Source of the DNA: Amoebidium appalachense | Taxonomy: Eukaryota > Protista > Ichthyosporea | Direction: 5' to 3' | Assembly (NCBI GenBank): GCA_963693365.1 | Contig: CAVNZM010000006.1 | Coordinates: forward strand, 2,914,001 to 2,978,000 | Length of the DNA stretch: 64,000 bases | Shown: piece by piece, positions 35,881 to 64,000 of the stretch | Position numbering within the stretch: position 1 is the stretch's first letter | Layout of the letters: the number at the start of each line of letters is the position of its first letter | The notes under the pieces: generated by a model | The model's database searches: none | What the model was told of the DNA's origin: nothing | The model's input: the letters and a program-made list of their open reading frames with translations, nothing else | Made by a program: the position numbers and the translations under genes

Positions 35881-36212
35881 GAAGGTCAAAGTTTTTTTTT
35901 TTTTTTTTGTTCAACGGGAATGGGGGAGGGCAACGGCAATTGAGCGGGTGGGTGGGGTGGGTGTACGCGTGGCTGGGTGGGTGTGTGGGTGGCCGTGGTG
36001 GTGGTGGTCGTGGTCACGGGGGTGGTGGTGGTGGTGGTGGTGGTGGTGTGTGTGTGTGTGTGTGTGTGTGTTTTTGGGGGGGGGAGGGGGTGATTACTTC
36101 GAAACCTGCTGTACAGTATGAAGGAGACAGCAGTCGCTGTGCACGTGTTTTTTAACAGCGTTTTAGTTTTCACATTGGTCACACCCATGACATGTGTGTG
36201 ATCACAGGAATA

Positions 36213-36425
36213 GTATACGTACGTATACCGGTAGTGTCCGGTACTCTCGGGCACTAATCGAATGATAGTGGCCAACGGGTTGATCCGACTTATCGGTATC
36301 CCCTTAAAGGGTGCCAAGGGGCGGAAGCCTTCCTATCAACTGTTAGATTTGGAATATGCAAGCGGATTATGCATAGATGAGCCAAGGGCGCGCCCAACAA
36401 AGGTGATTGGTTCCTAATCACCCAC
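36213..36425 (+). ncRNA. Candidate structured non-coding element (unassigned)
   Basis: Dense run of hairpins with a four-way junction, found by eye; no family recognised. Confidence 0.3.
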
Positions 36426-37120
36426 ATGTACATACTGCAGACATAGAATGGATTTACAACACTGCGCATGGGCTGCCGTTAATATACTGTATACATGTAC
36501 ATAGCTACGTAGAGTTATGCATCAGTTTTTGTTGTGCTCTTATTACGTACTGCAGGTACAACAACTAATATGGTATTGGATGAAAGTGTATATAAAACCC
36601 TCCAAGGGCAAAGCTTGGAAAGGTCATTGATATATTATTTGTTTTCCATCCGTCGAGGGTGTGCATTTAACATCAGCCTGCATATACTTTCTTGTCTCAT
36701 TCTTTCTTACATGCATCATCTGAATACATCTCTTGGAATCTGGGTTCCTAATACCACAACACGTAAAAGTGCACTAACCCAGTGCATATATTGCATATAT
36801 TTTTATACTCCTATGTACATACACATTATAACAGCGCTAGGCCGAAATATGCACAACTACATGCAGTTACCATTTGGCGCCATTTTCCGGCGTGATGCGT
36901 GATGCCTGAGCTACACCATACCACCTCCAAGTCATGTACTTGTTCAAAATTTTCACTCGCCCCGTGCGTTTTCTTTGTGTGTTTACATCTGCACGTTAAT
37001 ACACACGATTTCAATACCAGCCCATGCACTGATTTGCTCAATATTCACGTGGTTTGTTAAAATAAATATTAGACGCCACAGCCACTACCCTGATGGGGCT
37101 GCATGCCTTCTGGCTGGCAC

Positions 37121-59241
<22,121 letters not shown>

Positions 59242-60085
59242 CCTATTAAACTAGAAATACCTTCAGATTTTGAGAATCATGTGCTTTTATTCATTTAATT
59301 GCTACCCCGCTTGAAAAAAATCTGTTGAGCAAATCCTGATGTTCATAATCATTGAGAAGAGGGCCTGTCAGCTGCCCGCTGTATGCCTGCTCTGTGCCTG
59401 TGTTGGCAAGATCTGCCGTATACGCGCAACGGGCACAAGCGTTCTAACCATATTGGATTATCTTTCCATCAATAACCATAGAAGGTTTTTTGTGAGATAT
59501 GTTGTTTGCTTTGATTGGCATCAAGCGCACCAACCAGGGTGTGAAATTTGTATTCTAAACAGGGTCCCGACATGAGCAGCAGAGGAACATTCACTGGCCG
59601 CAAGCACCTCATAATACAGCCAGGCACCAGTTGCTTTGTTGACGCATGAAAAATTTGAAGTGTTCACGTTCAGATCACGGGGTACAAGAGGCGGATTTTC
59701 CGACAAATCAGTTTTGTTGCTGTAAATAGACGTTGATGAACGTCCTTTAACCCCGTGTACATAAGCGCGAACGCTACGTTCCAAGCCTTTTCCATTTTCT
59801 CTTTGCAGCTCTTTTAGTTGTGTGCTGATGAAGGTTTTCCTACGTCTGGGTACTAGTTTTGTTCCAGTTCAAGGCACGAGAGGGGGGAGGGGGATGAGGT
59901 GTGAGGGAGACGAAAGGGCGCGATGATGGGGGTATAGTGGTAGCTAGAAGCTGATATGGTTTGTGTTGCTGGCCGCCATTCCGTATGACACTTAGGAACC
60001 TATGATTGTAGTCGAGCTAACTCCAATTACATTTGCGCTCGAGCGTCACTGATAGGGCGACTGATATAACTTTCGGCCAGAAGAT

Positions 60086-60605
60086 ATGGCGGTTTCCAGA
60101 TTCGTTTTCAAGATGGAGGAAATTGAAACTTTTGCTGCGTTCAAACGAGACGAGCCCCCCTTCACCCCCTACGAGAGAGTGAAGGTAAACGCAACGGGAA
60201 AATACCGCACGTTTTTATGTATTGTTGTACTTGAGGTCAAGTGCCTGTGTGGACAGAAAGGCCAGCATGGCAGCGGGGGACGGTGGCCGGGGTTCCGGGG
60301 GGGGGGGAAGGGGGGGGGGGGGGGGGGGGAAGGGGGAGAAAGAGGAGAGGGAGGGGTGGGGGGGGGGGGGGGGGGGAAGGGGTGAGGGAGGGGGTAGGAG
60401 AGAGAGAGGGAAGAGAAACGGAGGGGGGGAGGGAGGGGAGAGGGAGAAAGCGAGGAAGAGGGGGAGAGAGAGAGAGAAGGAGGGAGGGGGGGAGGGGGGT
60501 AAAAAGGAGGCAGGAGATACAGAAACGGAGAGAGGGAGGGAGGGAGGGAGGGAGGGGGGGGGGGGGGGGGGGGAGGGAGGGAAGGAGGGAGGGAGGGGGG
60601 GGGGG

Positions 60606-60657
<52 letters not shown>

Positions 60658-61688
60658 GCTTTAGAGAACGTGCCGGCCTTAAAATCCTTTAAACAGGTAA
60701 AAGTGGAGATCGTGAAAGTTGGAGGGTGGGCGCAGGGAGCTCTTTGAAGAGGTGTCCAAGGAAACCTAAATTTCGGACGGAAAGAGGGAGCGAAAGTGAC
60801 AGAAGCAGAGACGACTCGTACTGTTTGTTGCACCTCACCGTGTATTGACCAGAGTTCTCCGGCAGACCTGTGTGCTCACCACATTCGTCCTGCCTGTTCG
60901 GGTGTTTGCTGTGTTCACACTTGCGGGTGCCTGTTACCTCATCAGCAGAATAAGGTGTCTGGCTCACCTCTCCTTGTGCAAAGGGCATAATGTTACTTCG
61001 TTAAATGTAATCACAGGGCTTAGTTGAACATCTTTTCCGCAGATCTTTTGGGAGGGGGAGGGGGGGGGGGGGGGGGGGGGAGGGAGAGAGAGAGAGAGGC
61101 TGCAAATATACCCATAGGTATATACCACAGCTTCACACACAAGCAGCTAGGGACACACACAGAATTAAGAAACATTTGGAGAGAGAGCTAAATACTCAAA
61201 AAAACACACGATCATCCCCCCCCCCCTCCCCCCCCCCCCCCCCCCCACCACCACCACCACCAGCACCCCACCCCACTCCCAAATCAAAAGAAAAAAAAGT
61301 GGAAACACATTTGCCTGACACGAACAGCTAACATACTCAGACTTTAAATAGGGAGCACCATGGTATCCATCGTTCTGGCAGGGTTGACCATGCTTCAATC
61401 CTATTAAATACAGTGTCATCACAAAACATGTTGTGGATCTGTTTCTTTTCGTTTGCTTCTTCTCAAACCTCTCGTACATTATTTGACACTCTTATGCTCC
61501 CCCCTCCCCCATCCCCCCTCCCCCTCCCCTCCTCCCCCCCCCCTCCCCCCCCCCCCCCCCCCCCTCCCTCCCCCCCCTACCACCACCGCTCGCCCGTGCG
61601 CCTTCCTCCTCCCTGCTCCCACACACAACACACAAACATACAAACACACACAACAGGAAACACACCGCCATGTATGCACGCACGCACA

Positions 61689-61767
<79 letters not shown>

Positions 61768-62800
61768 CCCTCAACCCTCAACCCCCCGACCCCCCACCCA
61801 CTCACCCACACCCACACAGCACCTATGGGCTAGACATGAGACTATACCGCACACGGCCACTACCCAGGTGGCGCCGTCAACTTGCGCACATGACAAACTG
61901 GCTGGCTGGGAGGGGGGCAAGCATGTGTGCAGGCCTATCCATCTGCCACACTATAGTGGTAGGGATCGACCCACTAGAATTGATATTTTCTGTTTTGCAC
62001 AAAAATAGCCCTTCCCCCCCCCCCCCTCCCCCCCCCCCCCCCCCCCCAAACCACCAAAAAAGGTTTTAAAAAAGTAATTAAAAATAAAACAACGTTTCCA
62101 CCACTAGCATAGCCGGCATTGGTTGCAAATGGAACACGTATGAACTGAATAAGTGCCGAAAGACACAAAGCTACCAAAAAAAAGAAATCTGGGTCGGTTG
62201 TTCAATACCATTACCAACTCTTCTATTTAGTGTGGCCCCTTTAGTTAGTGAATATCCGGCAGGCCACAATCATCATTTGACCCTCTCTTTTTTACGAGCA
62301 GAAACCAGCGGAAATCATCACCCCCAGTCCCCTAGAGTCTGGTACGTATGTAAGAGTGCAGCCTGCCACTCACACACCATTGGGTTAACGTTATTGGTAC
62401 ATGTATGCTATTGTTCTTTTTTCTACTAAACCGCCGACTCATCGTTCTTCTTTTTGGTAGCTTTGTGTCTTTTTTTAGTAACAGACTAGAGGGGGAAGGG
62501 AGTGACCCGTACCCGTGGACAGAAGGGTGAAGGAGGAGGAGGTGGTGGTGGTGGTGGGGGGGGGGGGGGGGGGGGGGGGGGCGGGGGTTGATGTTAAGGT
62601 GACCCTGGGAGGTATGCAGGGAATTTGCGAGAGATAATACACAATCTACTAAGTTGTGGGCATTATGGTGGTGTGGTGTGTGCAGGAGAGGAGGCGGTGC
62701 TAGTGAGAGAGGAGGCGGTGCTAGTGTGCAACCACGTGTCATATCTGGACGTCATCGTGCTCATGGCCCTCTACCAGCCTAGCTTCATGGCTAGGGTAGC

Positions 62801-62853
<53 letters not shown>

Positions 62854-64000
62854 AAAAAAAAGGAAGGAAAGAAAGAAAGAAAGAAAACGCCCGCAACTCC
62901 CTCTATCCACAAATATCTGCAGCACATAGGCAACCCACACACGCGCACAGACACGCACACACACACGAAAGTTTGCGTTCACAACTTGCGCACCGCACCC
63001 ATCCACCTGCAGTGGTGGATTGTGTTTCTGTTTTTTTTTTTTTTTTTTTGTTCCATGCTCGCTGCCCTCTCAGGCATATGTTACCCCCCCTCGCTGCCAA
63101 ACAAAAAAAAAAAAGCAAACAAACAAAAAAAACAAACACGCACATTCACACTATAGCTGTACCGTGACACTGGGACGACTAACTGCCCTTCAACCACAGT
63201 ACGGGGTGATTGAGGTGCCGTTTGTCGGGTGGATAGCCCAGGCCATTCAGTGTTTATTTCTCGATTCGGTCGGCACCCGGGGACCAGGTCTCACCACAAT
63301 GCTCTCTGAACGCATAACACGTTCAAAAGGTTGGCTCACCCCCCCCCCTTCCCCCGGTTCCCCCACATCATCAGGCTGGCCATCTGGTTGTCTGTCTTAA
63401 GTAATTAACAACAAGGCACTTGAACCGCGATCCAACTTTCACCTCACTGAATTGTTGAATCTGTCTTCACAATATCTTTCGGATAGCCAAAGACCTATTA
63501 TTTTGTAACACGATGGCCCTTTCAAGTCACACAGAGACATGTGCAGGCAGTAGAGATAACTCGCCAGAGCTGCAAGCATATCAAAACTGACTCTGGCATG
63601 GGCTCAGGTCTTCCACCTCTTGTCGTATTCCCCGAAGGAACAACTACAAACGGAAAATACATGGGTGAGTATGATCTCAAGAACATGTTTTTATTCATGT
63701 AGGCAAGCATAACTGCTTCTGTACACTTCCATGCGTACATAGGTACATACACGTTCCTACAAAAACACACACACACACACTTCACTTCTTGTATGCATAT
63801 GCCACCTTGGTTTAGGTTTGTTGTGGCCAATAGTTGTTACCGCACACACCCAGTGACCATCATACCACGTTTCTTTTCTGCACCACCTAAGCTTACTCAG
63901 CGTGCCCAGACACCCATACAGTGTGCATAGGCGCTAACATGTGTTGGCTGGTTGCAGTTTCATTTCGTGCAGGCGCATTCAGGGCCGGTTTTCCTGTCCG
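60086..64000 (+). CDS. Lysophospholipid acyltransferase, LPCAT/LPEAT-type (PlsC fold), 3'-partial
   Basis: Exon 1 [15 protein letters not shown]|GTAAAC; TM exon [14 protein letters not shown]; PLPRWRR; VCNHVSYLD (NHxSxxD); [15 protein letters not shown]; [14 protein letters not shown]; [13 protein letters not shown] at the window end. One internal exon near 62260-62530 is unresolved. Confidence 0.92.

Overview
Eukaryotic, intron-rich genomic DNA packed with (CA/TG)n, (GA/TC)n and long poly-C/poly-G tracts. Almost all ORFs in the supplied track are artefacts of these repeats. Real genes had to be assembled by hand from short exons: (1) a two-exon minus-strand gene fusing a GINT1-type beta-propeller, two TM helices and an HtrL/YibB-like domain (6649-11891); (2) MCM10 with the C-terminal zinc domain (13212-24636, +); (3) an inverted pair of BTB + beta-propeller genes (one intact, one pseudogene) flanking an intronless OTU-like ORF (26153-35314); (4) an ORP1L/OSBPL1A-like ankyrin-PH-FFAT-ORD gene (37121-59241, -); (5) the 5' part of an LPCAT/LPEAT-type acyltransferase (60086 to window end). 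Mobile DNA includes a decayed non-LTR RT element with two further 3' fragments, and a 2.9-kb element bounded by ~205-bp direct repeats inside a (CA)n tract. There is also a ~450-nt non-coding element found in introns of three different genes, always sense to the host, with compensatory base changes in its stems; this is the best candidate for an undescribed RNA or mobile system. Intron architecture is unusual: C-runs follow donors, and micro- and minisatellites are anchored at splice sites. The gene mix suggests a unicellular opisthokont/holozoan-type protist, but that is inference only. Exon coordinates were derived by eye and need RNA-seq confirmation.
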